Source: Candidatus Daviesbacteria bacterium
GTDB taxonomy: Bacteria; Patescibacteriota; Microgenomatia; Daviesbacterales; UBA10151
Length of the DNA: 64,000 nucleotides
NCBI GenBank assembly: GCA_016176405.1
Contig: JACOXG010000013.1
Span: 398-64,397, forward strand
Direction: 5' to 3'
The position numbers and the translations under genes were made by a program. Below the pieces are notes generated by a model that saw only the letters and a program-made list of their open reading frames with translations, had not been told where the DNA came from and ran no database searches. Positions 1 through 10,464 of the stretch are shown piece after piece (positions within the stretch are counted from its first letter, which is position 1; every line of letters starts with the position of its first letter).

Positions 1-302
1 AATCAGGACCAGCTCCCAATTTCTGCATCATTGAATTTTGAGTTTCTCGGTTCATATGATTCAACTTTTTGCGCACTGAATCATATCTTCCGGATTGATT
101 CAAATCTGCTAAAATTTCTATTGTTTCTAATGTAATCGATGTCTGGGTAAACACCTCAGCTCCTTGAGGGATCATCTCTAAGACTACTTCTTTTGCTTGT
201 TCACCAGTTTGAACAAATTTGGCATTGATGCCATTTGAATTTAATGCCTGAATAGTTCTATCAATAGTTTGTTGATCTGCTAAGGTATTCCATTTATCCA
301 TG
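1..302 (-). CDS. hypothetical protein, 5' portion only (gene runs off the window edge); possibly LUD/DUF162-like
   Basis: The reverse complement of 1-302 reads an ATG at 300-302 followed by an open frame MDKWNTLADQQTIDRTIQALNSNGINAKFVQTGEQAKEVV... to the window edge. It is absent from the ORF track because it is partial. Confidence 0.35.
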
Positions 303-312
303 AAGTTGTTAA

Positions 313-1398
313 TTATATCTCAATTATCTGCTTAGGAGAAAGTGTTATTTGTCTAATTTTATCTTTTTCTAATACAAATAAATCCTCAATTCTGACTCCA
401 CCAAAACCTGCGATGTAAATCCCTGGTTCTATTGAAAATACCATCCCATTTTTTAAAATATCTTTACTTTTAGGAGATAATGAAGGATGTTCATGAACTT
501 CTAATCCTATCCCATGCCCCAAAGAATGAGGAATATCTAAATATCCTTTTGATTTAATATATTCTCTTGCTACTTTATCCACCTCTTTAGCCCTAACTTG
601 CTTTCCCAATTTTATTTGAATATTTATAAAATCCACTGCTCTTTTTTGAGTTTCTAAAACTGTCCGGTATATTTTCTTTTGTTTTTCAGATGCTTTGCCA
701 AAAATAATTGTCCTGGTCATATCTGAACAATAACTTTCTACTTTTGCACCAAGATCTAATAAAACAAAATCTTCTCTTTTTAATTTAGTCTCACCACTTT
801 GATGGTGTGGTATGGAGGAATTTTTTCCAAAAGCCACTATAGGAGGAAAAGAAATTTCAGCTCCATTCTTTTTAAGAAAATATTCTATCTCGAAGACTAT
901 TTCTTTCTCACTTACTCCAACCTTTAGCTTTTTTAATATATGTTCAAATGTATCATCACCCAATTTAGCTGCTTTCTCAATTTTCTTAATTTCCTCAATA
1001 TCTTTTGTATTTCTTAAATGATTTAAATTAAAATGTTTTAATTTTTTAAAATGCTTTTGTAAAATTTTGTGTTCTGAAACTGTTAAATTATCTTCTTCTA
1101 TGCCTAAACTTTTGATTTTTTTCTTCAAACTTTTTAAAAGATCTTCTGTTGATTTTTTATATCCTCTTTCAAAAAGCTCAAAAGATGATACTTCTTCTTT
1201 TATCGCCTCTGTATATCTTCCATCAGTAATAATATAACCAAAATCTCTACCTACTAAAATATAAGCTTCTCTTTCATCCTTGGAAAAATTTGAATATCCG
1301 CTCAGATATTCAATATTTGAAACAGATGAGATAAAAACAGCATCTATATTTTCTTTTTTTATCTGCTTTCTTAACTGTTTAAGTTTTCTATCAAACAT
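313..1398 (-). CDS. pepP: Xaa-Pro aminopeptidase / M24 family metallopeptidase
   Basis: 361 aa with an M24 pita-bread fold signature: HGIGLEVHEHP, plus D/E metal ligands (DLGAKVESYCSDMTRT). The N-terminal creatinase-like domain is present. Confidence 0.8.
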   Translation of the reverse strand: MFDRKLKQLRKQIKKENIDAVFISSVSNIEYLSGYSNFSKDEREAYILVGRDFGYIITDGRYTEAIKEEVSSFELFERGYKKSTEDLLKSLKKKIKSLGIEEDNLTVSEHKILQKHFKKLKHFNLNHLRNTKDIEEIKKIEKAAKLGDDTFEHILKKLKVGVSEKEIVFEIEYFLKKNGAEISFPPIVAFGKNSSIPHHQSGETKLKREDFVLLDLGAKVESYCSDMTRTIIFGKASEKQKKIYRTVLETQKRAVDFINIQIKLGKQVRAKEVDKVAREYIKSKGYLDIPHSLGHGIGLEVHEHPSLSPKSKDILKNGMVFSIEPGIYIAGFGGVRIEDLFVLEKDKIRQITLSPKQIIEI

Positions 1399-1441
1399 AG
1401 GGCCGATTGTATCATGGATTTATGGTAAAATCCCTCTTGCC

Positions 1442-2584
1442 ATGAAGATTCTCCATTTTTCAGATATCCATATTGGCATGGAAAATTATGGGAAATTGGA
1501 TCCCCAAACAGGATTATCCAGCCGCCTTTTAGATTTTTTCCAAACTTTTGATTTTATTGTAGAAACCGCCATTAAAGAGCAAGTTGATGCGGTACTTTTT
1601 GCTGGCGATGCTTATAAAACTCGTGACCCCAACCCGACCCAGCAAAGAGGCTTTGGGGAAAGAATTAGAAAAATTGCCAAAAAAATTCCAGTTATTTTAG
1701 TAGTGGGCAATCATGACACTTCCAATGCAGAAGGCAAGGCCAATACTTTAGATATCTACTCTGCCTTGGAAATAGATAATGTTTATGTTTCTAGAAAAAT
1801 AGAATATTTAAAAATCCCCACTAAGAGTGGAGCCTTACAAGTTATCACTCTACCTTGGCTTCACAAAAATGATTATAAAACTGCGGGGGAGAAGTTAAAA
1901 CTTTTATATGAAAAAATTGATCTATCCTCACCTGCCATATTTTTATCCCATTGTGAAATAGAAGGAGCATCTTTCGGATCTGAGAAAGGTATGGCAATTG
2001 CCAATGATGTAACCATTCCTTTACCACTTTTACAAGATAAAAGATTATCCTATGTAGCTTTAGGTCACCTTCATAAACATCAAGTTTTATCAAAAGACCC
2101 GCTGATTGTTTACTCTGGTTCTCCTCAAAGAATTGATTTTGGAGAAGAAAAAGAGGAAAAGGGAATAATTCTTGTGGAAATTGGCAGCATAGCTAATTTT
2201 CGGTTTATCCCAACAAATGCCAGGAAATTTTTAACCATCACTGTTAATTTAAAATCTTCTGATCAAAATCCTACTCAGACAATAGTTAATGAGATTTTAA
2301 AAAATGATATTACTGAGGCTGTTGTCAGATTAATCATCAATATCCCATCAGATTTGGAAGAGAATTTAGAGATGGCTGTGATTAAAAAGTCTTTAGTAGG
2401 AGCTCATTATATTGCCGGTATTTCCAAAAATATCAATAAAACAAAAAGAATTATTTTAGAAATGCAAGGAGTTGAAAGTCTAAAGCCCTATGAGGCTTTA
2501 AAAAAATATTTTCAGGCCAAAAATTTTTCTAATAAAAAAATTCATGAATTAGAAAACTATGCCCAAAATTTGCTGCAAGAATGA
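1442..2584 (+). CDS. sbcD: DNA double-strand break repair nuclease SbcD (Mre11-like calcineurin phosphoesterase)
   Basis: MKILHFSDIHIG, GDAYKTRDP and GNHD phosphoesterase motifs. The ORF-track start at 1280 overlaps pepP; the in-frame ATG at 1442 matches the canonical SbcD N-terminus. The 3' end overlaps sbcC in an ATGA arrangement. Confidence 0.8.
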   Translation: MKILHFSDIHIGMENYGKLDPQTGLSSRLLDFFQTFDFIVETAIKEQVDAVLFAGDAYKTRDPNPTQQRGFGERIRKIAKKIPVILVVGNHDTSNAEGKANTLDIYSALEIDNVYVSRKIEYLKIPTKSGALQVITLPWLHKNDYKTAGEKLKLLYEKIDLSSPAIFLSHCEIEGASFGSEKGMAIANDVTIPLPLLQDKRLSYVALGHLHKHQVLSKDPLIVYSGSPQRIDFGEEKEEKGIILVEIGSIANFRFIPTNARKFLTITVNLKSSDQNPTQTIVNEILKNDITEAVVRLIINIPSDLEENLEMAVIKKSLVGAHYIAGISKNINKTKRIILEMQGVESLKPYEALKKYFQAKNFSNKKIHELENYAQNLLQE

Positions 2585-4737
2585 TACCTGTAAGACTCAA
2601 ACTGTTAAACTTCACATCATATAAGGACGCTCCCGAGCTTAACTTTTCCAAATTTCACTTGGCAGCTATCTCCGGCCCTAATGGCGCTGGTAAATCATCA
2701 CTTTTGGATGCTATTACCTGGTGTGTTTGGGGCTGGTCCCGGGCAGGAGATTTAGCGGATCAACTTGTTCATAAAGGTACAAAACATATGTTTGTAGAAT
2801 TAACTTTCCAACTTGATAGTCAGGAGTTTACTGTTAAAAGAGAGCGGAATTTGACTGGTGGCTCCTCAACCAATTTGGAACTTTGGTCGGGAAATCACAA
2901 TTTAACAGAAGGCACTATAAAGATGACTCAGGAAAAAATAATCAATCTTTTGCATTTAACCTTTGAAACTTTCATTAATTCCTCATTCTTAAGACAAGGT
3001 CATGCAGATGAGTTTACTACCAAAGGTCCAACAGATAGAAAAAGAATTTTGGCAGATATTCTAGGTTTATCTCACTATGATGAGTTGGAAGAAAAAGCAA
3101 AAGAAAAAATCAAGGATATCCAAACCAAGCTGAAACTTTTGGAATATCAAATTTTAGAGATAGAGGCGGAAATTTCCATGAAAGGAGATAGAGAAAAAAC
3201 CCTGACTGAATCAAAACAGAAAGTTTTCGAAATAGAGAAAACTGTAAGAAGAGTGGAGGAGGAGTTAATGCTTTTACAAAGGAGGAGGGAGGTCCTTATC
3301 TTAGCATCAGAGCAGCATCAGAAATTAGAACAAAATCTTAATGCCCAACTTATGGAACTCAGTGAAATTGTCACAAAAGGTAAACAAAGAGCAAATAGAA
3401 TTAAGGGTCTTGAACAAAAAATTTTAAGCCTCGAATCAGTTGATCAAAAAATTAAGGAATTAAAAAATTTAGAGCAGGAGGTAGAAATTTTAAACAAGAA
3501 AAATCAAGAAAAATTGGAGTTGGAGAAGCAGTTAGCTCAGATTGCTGGTGTCCTCAATGTAAAAGAAGAGCAGAAAAAAAATTTACAAAAAATCATAGAA
3601 GATTTAAAAAAACAGCTGAACCAGTTATCTATTCCTGCCGCCAAATGTCCAACTTGCGGACAAGAAATTGGCAAAGATCAAAAACACCAAGTCAGACAAG
3701 AACTTGAAAAAAAATTAAATGATAGGGTATCTGAAGTTAACAAAATTTCCATCAAAGATGAACAGATACAAATTCAAAATCTAAATCAAAGAATTATTGC
3801 TCTAAAAATTGATGACTCGAAATTAATAAAACTGCAAAAGGATTTACAAAATCTTGAAATTTTGCAAAAACAGAAAGAAGAATTTTTACAAAACCAAGCC
3901 AGTTTAGAAACTGAAAAGAAAACACGAGAAGAATTATTATCACTTTACAATAATAAAAAAACACAAGTAGATAAATTGCGATCCGAGTTAGAAAAACTTC
4001 CCAAAGTCTCACAAAATTTATTAAAAATCCAAGCTGATTTGGAAAGTAAAGAAAATTCTCTGCAAACTTTGAGAGTAACAGAGAAAGAAGCCCAGACTAT
4101 TTTAGGACAGGCTAAAGAGTTGATCTCTAGATCAGAGCAGCTGGAAAAACTAGCCAAACAGAAAAAGGATGAACAAACATCCTTACAAAAAGATAAAGCG
4201 GCCTATGACGAACTGGCTTTGGCTTTTGGCAAAAAGGGTATTCAAGCCATGATTATTGAAACAGCCATTCCGGAAATTGAAGATGAAGCCAATAGATTAC
4301 TGGAAAAATTAACAGATGGTCGGATGAAAATTGAACTACAAACTCAAAGAGAAACTAAAACTAAGCTGGAGACTGGCGAAAAAGGTATCATCGAAACTTT
4401 AGATATTATCATTTCTGATGAGATGGGTGAGCGACCTTATGAACTTTATTCAGGAGGAGAAACTTTTAGGGTTAATTTTGCCCTCAGAATTGCTCTATCT
4501 AAGCTATTAACCAAGCGGGCTGGAGCCAGATTGCAATTTTTGGTCATCGATGAAGGATTTGGTACACAAGATGTAGAAGGAAGAAACAGAATCGTGGAGG
4601 TGTTAGATGCCATTAAAAATGACTTCGAAAAAATATTAGTCATTACTCATTTGGAAGAGTTAAAGGAAGAATTCCCAATTAGAATTGAGGTTTCAAAAGG
4701 AATTAGCGGATCTACCTTTGAAGTGGTCGGTGTTTGA
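2581..4737 (+). CDS. sbcC: DNA repair ATPase SbcC (Rad50/SMC-like)
   Basis: Walker A GPNGAGKSS, a long coiled-coil, a CPTCGQ zinc hook, and a C-terminal signature/Walker B LQFLVIDEGFGTQD. Immediately downstream of sbcD. Confidence 0.85.
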   Translation: MIPVRLKLLNFTSYKDAPELNFSKFHLAAISGPNGAGKSSLLDAITWCVWGWSRAGDLADQLVHKGTKHMFVELTFQLDSQEFTVKRERNLTGGSSTNLELWSGNHNLTEGTIKMTQEKIINLLHLTFETFINSSFLRQGHADEFTTKGPTDRKRILADILGLSHYDELEEKAKEKIKDIQTKLKLLEYQILEIEAEISMKGDREKTLTESKQKVFEIEKTVRRVEEELMLLQRRREVLILASEQHQKLEQNLNAQLMELSEIVTKGKQRANRIKGLEQKILSLESVDQKIKELKNLEQEVEILNKKNQEKLELEKQLAQIAGVLNVKEEQKKNLQKIIEDLKKQLNQLSIPAAKCPTCGQEIGKDQKHQVRQELEKKLNDRVSEVNKISIKDEQIQIQNLNQRIIALKIDDSKLIKLQKDLQNLEILQKQKEEFLQNQASLETEKKTREELLSLYNNKKTQVDKLRSELEKLPKVSQNLLKIQADLESKENSLQTLRVTEKEAQTILGQAKELISRSEQLEKLAKQKKDEQTSLQKDKAAYDELALAFGKKGIQAMIIETAIPEIEDEANRLLEKLTDGRMKIELQTQRETKTKLETGEKGIIETLDIIISDEMGERPYELYSGGETFRVNFALRIALSKLLTKRAGARLQFLVIDEGFGTQDVEGRNRIVEVLDAIKNDFEKILVITHLEELKEEFPIRIEVSKGISGSTFEVVGV

Positions 4738-5132
4738 TCTACAATATATACATGCCGGCATTAGTTAGTAAACTCACTTTAGCCATAATTTTTTGGGTAG
4801 TTTTTATTTATGTAGTTTTATATATTCCTTATCCGCCAAATTTTACTCAAGCTTCTGCCTTTCAGCTGATTTCATTTTTTGGGGCATTATTTTTAGCAAT
4901 AATATTCACCTTAAATATTTTTCTAAATTCTATTTTTCTCTCAGTATCCATTTCTTTGGGTGTAATTTTTCTTTTAATACTTAAAGCCTTAGAATCTTTA
5001 AATATTGTCACCGCTGTATTAACTATTGTGGCTGTCTATTTGCTTTTTACATATTTTAAGAAAAATCAAAAAGGTTTGACTAATCTTTCCAAAATCCCTA
5101 AACTAAGTAGTTTCAGAAGGAGAAAAAGTTGA
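4734..5132 (+). CDS. small integral membrane protein, function unknown
   Basis: 132 aa, four predicted hydrophobic helices, tightly packed between sbcC and metG. Confidence 0.4.
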   Translation: MIYNIYMPALVSKLTLAIIFWVVFIYVVLYIPYPPNFTQASAFQLISFFGALFLAIIFTLNIFLNSIFLSVSISLGVIFLLILKALESLNIVTAVLTIVAVYLLFTYFKKNQKGLTNLSKIPKLSSFRRRKS

Positions 5133-6551
5133 ATGAATAAATTTTATATACATTGTGCCATTCCTTATGTGAATGCCAAACCACATATTGGTCATGCACT
5201 TGAATTTATCCAAACTGATACTATTGCCCGTTACCACCGCTTATTGGGTGAGGAAATCTTAATGCTTTCTGGGTCAGATGAAAATGCCTTAAAAAATGTT
5301 CAAGCAGCTGAAGAAGCAGGTGAAGATGTCCAAACTTTTGTAGATAAAAATGCCAAACTTTTCCAAGATTTGGCGGAAAAACTTAATGTAAATTTTGATG
5401 TCTTCCAAAAAGGCAGTGATAAAAAACATCATCATCCATCAGCTCAAAAACTTTGGCAGCTTTGTGAGAGTGCCGGTGATATCTACAAAAAATCTTATAA
5501 GGGTCTGTATTGTGTTGGATGTGAATTATTTTATTCACCTGATGAATTAGATGAAAAAGGTGAATGCTTTGAACATCCGGGCAAAAAACTAGAGGAGGTA
5601 GAGGAAGAGAATTATTTTTTTAAGCTTTCAAAATACCAAGATAAATTAATCACAATCATTGAATCAGGAGAATATGAAATTATTCCCGAAAGCAGAAAAC
5701 ATGAAGTTTTATCTTTTCTAAAAAGTGGGCTACAAGATATCAGCATTTCTAGAACTAATAAGCGGACCAAAAATTGGGGAGTCCCTGTGCCCGGCGACCC
5801 CTCCCAGCGAATCTATGTCTGGTTTGACGCATTAAATATCTATCAATCAGGTGTGGGATTTGGTTGGGGTGATAAAAAATATCAAAAATGGTGGCCTGCA
5901 GATTTACAAGTCATAGGAAAAGGGATCATTAGATTCCATGCTATTTATTGGCCTGCTTTTTTACTTTCTGCAAAATTAAAATTGCCTAAAAAATTATTTG
6001 TTCATGAGTATTTTACAGTTGATGGCCAAAAAATGTCTAAAACATTGGGTAATGTTTATGATCCAAATATAGCCATAAAAAAGTTTGGTTCAGATGCCTT
6101 ACGTTACTTTTGTTTGGCTAAAATTTCCCCATTTCAAGACGGAGATTTCTCAGAGGAGAAATTAAAAGAGGCTTATAATGCAGATTTGGCCAATGGGTTG
6201 GGAAATTTAGTCTCAAGAATTGCCAAACTTTGTGAACAGAATAATATCCAAGCAACTGATGGATCCAATGTCTGGTGTGCTGATTTGGAAAAATATATGG
6301 GGGAGTTTAAATTTAATGAAGCCATAGCTGTAATTTGGGAGCTTATTGCTGAAGCAGATAAGAAAATCAATCAAGAAAAACCATGGGAACTTTCTGGAGA
6401 AAAGTTAAAGGCTGTTCTATTAGATTATGTCAAAAGGATCCAAGCCATAGGTTATAACTTGCAACCCTTCTTACCAGAAACTGCCGAAATAATCTTAAAA
6501 CAATTCTCAGGGCCAATTAAATCAGGCCTACCCCTTTTTCCAAGGATCTAA
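5133..6551 (+). CDS. metG: methionyl-tRNA synthetase (short form lacking the C-terminal tRNA-binding domain)
   Basis: HIGH motif (AKPHIGHALE), KMSKS motif (KMSKTLGNV), and a Cys knuckle CVGCE...CFEHPG. Confidence 0.85.
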   Translation: MNKFYIHCAIPYVNAKPHIGHALEFIQTDTIARYHRLLGEEILMLSGSDENALKNVQAAEEAGEDVQTFVDKNAKLFQDLAEKLNVNFDVFQKGSDKKHHHPSAQKLWQLCESAGDIYKKSYKGLYCVGCELFYSPDELDEKGECFEHPGKKLEEVEEENYFFKLSKYQDKLITIIESGEYEIIPESRKHEVLSFLKSGLQDISISRTNKRTKNWGVPVPGDPSQRIYVWFDALNIYQSGVGFGWGDKKYQKWWPADLQVIGKGIIRFHAIYWPAFLLSAKLKLPKKLFVHEYFTVDGQKMSKTLGNVYDPNIAIKKFGSDALRYFCLAKISPFQDGDFSEEKLKEAYNADLANGLGNLVSRIAKLCEQNNIQATDGSNVWCADLEKYMGEFKFNEAIAVIWELIAEADKKINQEKPWELSGEKLKAVLLDYVKRIQAIGYNLQPFLPETAEIILKQFSGPIKSGLPLFPRI

Positions 6552-7459
6552 TGTTAATAGATACGCATGCTCATTTATATTGGGATTCCTATAAAGATGA
6601 TTTAGATGAAGTTATTCAGCGCTCCATTGATGCGGGAGTAACTAGCATTATTAATGTTGGGGTTGATGTCCAAAAATCAGAACTTGCAGCCAAACAGGTT
6701 AAAGAGAAGTTATCCAAAATTCCCAATTTTAAAAGCTATTCTACCATTGGAATTCATCCTCATGAATCATTAAAATATAATTCAGATGTATCCATACATC
6801 GTGACATAGAAAAATTAGAGAAACTATATAAGCAAAGCTTGCCTTCGTCTAACGACGAACGTCAAACCCAACCAGATCAAATCATAGCAGTTGGAGAATG
6901 TGGTCTAGATTATTTTTTTGATCCTGAGTTTGTCCCCCCTACTCTACCCCCTGAGCAGATTAAAGATTCTCAAAGAAAACTTTTTAAAGCTCAAATAGAT
7001 TTAGCAAAAAAACTAAATCTACCTTTAATAGTTCACTGCAGAGATGACCGATCTAAAAATCCCAATAATTCTGGGGCATGGGATGAAGTATTAAAGATGG
7101 TGGGCACTCATCCTGCCATCCTCCACTGCTATTCTGGTTTATCCCATACTACTAACTATATGCTGCAAACCACCAACCTAATTGTCTCTTTTGCAGCCAC
7201 CATCACTTATCCCAAAAATGAATATTTAAGAGATGAATATTTAAGAGCAGCTGCCAAAATTTTACCTTTGGAAAAAATAGTCTTGGAAACAGATTGTCCA
7301 TTTTTACCTCCACAATCAAGACGAGGCCAAAGAAATGAACCCTCTGCTGTCTTAGAAATAGCCCAACTGATTGCTGATTTAAAAGAAATTTCTTTAAAAG
7401 AAGTTTCCACTCAAACTACAGCTAATGTTAAAAAAATATTTAATATTAAAGTTATTTAA
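6551..7459 (+). CDS. tatD: TatD-family metal-dependent DNase/hydrolase
   Basis: N-terminal MLIDTHAHL; conserved His/Asp/Glu ligands (GECGLDY, VHCRD, ETDCPFL). Confidence 0.8.
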   Translation: MLIDTHAHLYWDSYKDDLDEVIQRSIDAGVTSIINVGVDVQKSELAAKQVKEKLSKIPNFKSYSTIGIHPHESLKYNSDVSIHRDIEKLEKLYKQSLPSSNDERQTQPDQIIAVGECGLDYFFDPEFVPPTLPPEQIKDSQRKLFKAQIDLAKKLNLPLIVHCRDDRSKNPNNSGAWDEVLKMVGTHPAILHCYSGLSHTTNYMLQTTNLIVSFAATITYPKNEYLRDEYLRAAAKILPLEKIVLETDCPFLPPQSRRGQRNEPSAVLEIAQLIADLKEISLKEVSTQTTANVKKIFNIKVI

Positions 7460-7479
7460 TCATTTGTTATACTTCAAGA

Positions 7480-8217
7480 ATGATTGAAAAACCAAATTGG
7501 TATGGCCTAAGACTTGCTAGAGAAGCTTCAGGGGTTACAGCTTTTAATGTTATTTATGAAGATACTAAAAGAGAAGATGACTTAGTTGCTAGACCATTTG
7601 CAGTTATATGGGGATTAGGGGAATTGATATTCCCAGCAACTATGAGGTTTATGAGAGAACATACAGAATATAATCCCGATAAATCTTTGAGAGATATTTT
7701 GTTCTTTATGAGTTCAATCGCCACAGATGTTGCAACAAATGCCTTGATTGCAGTACCTGGCTTAGATGGTCCTCTTGAAGTTGTAGCTAGAAGAACAACA
7801 TTAAACTATGCCACTCATATGGGGATAGATTTTATGCAACATATATCTCATATTAGAGCAGCTTCCCAAAAACCATTGCAGTCTTCTACTACTGATATTT
7901 CTCAGACTCCAGTTAGAAGAAGGACTCCTGAGAATAGAACACGACCAGTGCAATCTGCAAGATCCCCTCAGAGGCTATCAACTAAAAAACCTATTGAGGT
8001 ACAACCATTACCAATAAATGCTGGTAATATCATCAATATGAATACAGAGGAAAAAGGTTGGCTTCTCAGAGATGAAACAGGCCAGTTAATTAGAGATCCT
8101 GAGGGATTACTAACTATAGAATTTCCTGGACCTCCCAAATATACAGCTAGAATACCCGAAAGTTTGATTGGAACAAAGTATCAGACAATTGATGAAGATC
8201 AAACTCATTCCGAATAA
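7480..8217 (+). CDS. hypothetical protein
   Basis: 245-aa ORF with no motif I recognise. The C-terminal half is Ser/Pro/Arg/Thr-rich and low-complexity. Confidence 0.4.
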   Translation: MIEKPNWYGLRLAREASGVTAFNVIYEDTKREDDLVARPFAVIWGLGELIFPATMRFMREHTEYNPDKSLRDILFFMSSIATDVATNALIAVPGLDGPLEVVARRTTLNYATHMGIDFMQHISHIRAASQKPLQSSTTDISQTPVRRRTPENRTRPVQSARSPQRLSTKKPIEVQPLPINAGNIINMNTEEKGWLLRDETGQLIRDPEGLLTIEFPGPPKYTARIPESLIGTKYQTIDEDQTHSE

Positions 8218-8247
8218 TTCCTATTAAAATCTTACAAATATATAAAG

Positions 8248-8283
8248 AGATCCTTCGACCCTTCGACTTCGCTCAGGATGATC
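8248..8283 (-). repeat. copy of the dispersed GTCATCCTGAGCG..CGAAGGATC repeat family (minus orientation)
   Basis: The reverse complement reads atcatcctgagcgaagtcgaagggtcgaaggatctc, matching copies at 18571, 41049, 46217, 55267 and 63208. Confidence 0.6.
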
Positions 8284-8300
8284 CGCCTCTGGCGGATCAT
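8278..8300 (+). terminator. perfect 10-bp stem / 3-nt loop hairpin (ATGATCCGCC tct GGCGGATCAT) followed by a T-rich run; candidate intrinsic terminator for the upstream gene
   Basis: Inverted repeat read directly from the sequence, followed by ttgctttctc. Confidence 0.4.
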
Positions 8301-8439
8301 TTGCTTTCTCAGCTCAAATTTTTTACACTTAACACTGCTGACTATAATATGCGACTCATTTTGGCTTTTTTTATTGGTTTCATAGGCTTTTTTTATACTG
8401 CAGAACTGCTCCAAAGATTTAGTAGATTTTGGCCCTTTT

Positions 8440-10086
8440 TTGCTTTTACTAAATCAATCTATCCTTGAGGGTGGATTAAATGTTTTATCTGCCAATTTTT
8501 TAATTGGAGCAGGCTTAGGTCTAATTATGCATCATCTTTTATCCCGCCGCTATATTTTCTTTGAGAAATTGGAGAAAGATTTTATTATTAGACATGAAAC
8601 AAAAGTAGAAAGGCTACTAGAAATTTTTCCAGGAGCCTTTACTTGGCTGGCTCTCACCTCACCAATTTGGTTATCCTTTACTCTCCCTTTTGCTGTAGCC
8701 TATTTAATTTTAATTGCAGATACCTATTGGCTACTTACTGCCTTAAGAATTGGTATTTTGATATTAATTGGTTTTAGGAAAATGGAGGTGGCTAAAAAGC
8801 AAGATTGGTTATCTAATCTTAAAAAAGATTTCCCCAATGATTGGGGAAAATATTATCATTTAATACTAGTTCCCACCTATAAAGAAGCACCGTATATACT
8901 TACTACCACCTTCCAAGGAATTATTAATTCCAACTATCCTAAAGATAAAATTTTGCTGGCAGTCGGGTTTGAGGAAAGAGATGAGCCTAAAAAAATTAGA
9001 GATACCCAAAAAAATCTTAAAAAAATTGAAGGAAAAATTGTCGCAGTTTACACTACCATTCACCCTTATAACCTTCCTGGAGAAGTGGCTGGCCAAGGCT
9101 CAAATAAAAACTGGATGATCAAAAATATTGTCCCTCAGCTTAAAGCAAAAGGTATTAAGGTAGAAGATGTTTTTGTGACCACTTTAGATGCTGATTTTGT
9201 CCTACATCGGGAGTTTTTAGCAGGGGCTTTATATAAATACTTATCCCAACCAAACGAAAAAAGAGACAAAAGAACTTTTACTGGAGTATTTTTATATCAC
9301 AATAACTATTGGCAAACTCCAGCTCCGATGAGGCTGATGGCCACTGGTACTTCCTTTTGGCAACTGGCTGAGATGGTTGGTTCTGATAAATATATGAACT
9401 ACTCTTCGATGTCCATTTCTTTAAAAGCTCTCTTAGATGTGGGTGGCTGGATACCAGATAAGGTCAACGATGATAACGGGTTTTATTGGAAGGCCTATTT
9501 TCACTTTAATGGTGACTATAAAGTCATCCCACATTTTTTACCAATTTCTGCTGATGCAGTCCAAGATACCACCCTCCTTAAAACCTTTCAAAACCAATAT
9601 CTACAAATTAAAAGATGGGCTTATGGGGTTGAACATATCCCCTATGTGGTTACACAGTATTTTAAAAAAGAAATCGATTTTTGGGATAAAACTGATAAGT
9701 TACTTTTTAAAATTTGGGGGGATTTGAAATGGGGCTTTTTGGCAATCTTTGTAACATTCGGCAGTATCATTATTCCTTTAGTTAATCCTGATTTTAAAGA
9801 ATCTGTATTGTCTATTAATCTCCCAATAGTCTCGTCTTGGATATTAACAGCGGCATTTTTAGGGCTTTTTGCCACCATCTTTGTTCATGAAAAAACTGCT
9901 CCCAAAAGACCAAGAAATTGGTCGCCCTTTCAAAAAATATTTTCCTATATTCAGTGGCTTTTGGTACCAATTATTTTAATTACTATCTCATCCCTACCTG
10001 CCATTGATGCCCAAACCTCCTTAATGTTTGGTAAAAAATTGGAGTTTAGGGTAACCAATAAAGCGCGGTTATCAGAAAAAGTATAA
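8440..10086 (+). CDS. membrane glycosyltransferase, family 2-like (cellulose-synthase-like architecture)
   Basis: N- and C-terminal transmembrane blocks flank a cytoplasmic domain with GT-A-like features (ILLAVGFEERDEP, TTLDADFVL as a DxD-type motif, QIKRWAYG resembling QxxRW). Confidence 0.5.
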   Translation: MLLLNQSILEGGLNVLSANFLIGAGLGLIMHHLLSRRYIFFEKLEKDFIIRHETKVERLLEIFPGAFTWLALTSPIWLSFTLPFAVAYLILIADTYWLLTALRIGILILIGFRKMEVAKKQDWLSNLKKDFPNDWGKYYHLILVPTYKEAPYILTTTFQGIINSNYPKDKILLAVGFEERDEPKKIRDTQKNLKKIEGKIVAVYTTIHPYNLPGEVAGQGSNKNWMIKNIVPQLKAKGIKVEDVFVTTLDADFVLHREFLAGALYKYLSQPNEKRDKRTFTGVFLYHNNYWQTPAPMRLMATGTSFWQLAEMVGSDKYMNYSSMSISLKALLDVGGWIPDKVNDDNGFYWKAYFHFNGDYKVIPHFLPISADAVQDTTLLKTFQNQYLQIKRWAYGVEHIPYVVTQYFKKEIDFWDKTDKLLFKIWGDLKWGFLAIFVTFGSIIIPLVNPDFKESVLSINLPIVSSWILTAAFLGLFATIFVHEKTAPKRPRNWSPFQKIFSYIQWLLVPIILITISSLPAIDAQTSLMFGKKLEFRVTNKARLSEKV

Positions 10087-10088
10087 AA

Positions 10089-10454
10089 ATGGCCAACTTT
10101 AAAGAAAATTTTGAACAAATGAATCATTTTTCCCAATTTTTCTTATTAACAATCTCTTTACAAATATTTTTGGCGTTTTTGATCAGCCTTTTTATATTAT
10201 TTTCCTCAAAATTTTTACCGCCAAAATTACCACTATTCTATTCCCTACCTTGGGGAGAAAAACAGCTGGCTACTCACCAACAACTTTTTATCCTCCCTGC
10301 TATTTTAGTGTTGATTACTCTTATTAATATTGCCGTCGCCTGGCAACTACATCTTTCTCAATCATTTTTCAAAAAAATATTAATCTTTAGCTCATTGGTA
10401 ACAAGCATGATTCTAGTCATTACTTTTATTAAAATTATTTTAATTTTTATTTGA
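10089..10454 (+). CDS. small membrane protein
   Basis: 121 aa, three hydrophobic helices, starts 3 nt after the upstream gene. Confidence 0.35.
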   Translation: MANFKENFEQMNHFSQFFLLTISLQIFLAFLISLFILFSSKFLPPKLPLFYSLPWGEKQLATHQQLFILPAILVLITLINIAVAWQLHLSQSFFKKILIFSSLVTSMILVITFIKIILIFI

Positions 10455-10464
10455 AAAAAGTTTT

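Noticed and set aside
812-1021. Short ORFs embedded antisense in pepP, sbcC, metG, valS, dnaN and the DUF4012 gene (for example 812-1021, 3794-4157, 6173-6370, 35865-36183, 48267-48584, 39948-40625)
   Set aside because: All are under 110 aa and lie wholly inside longer ORFs with clear family signatures on the opposite strand or another frame. Their low-complexity translations support none of them.
1280-1441. Upstream extension of the sbcD ORF
   Set aside because: It overlaps the pepP start region on the opposite strand, and the conserved SbcD N-terminus (MKILHFSDIH) begins at the in-frame ATG at 1442.
8232-8414. Minus-strand 60-aa ORF in the 7480-gene / 8440-gene spacer
   Set aside because: Its translation runs through a dispersed-repeat copy and a perfect hairpin. 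It has no RBS and odd composition, so it is more likely non-coding leader or terminator sequence.
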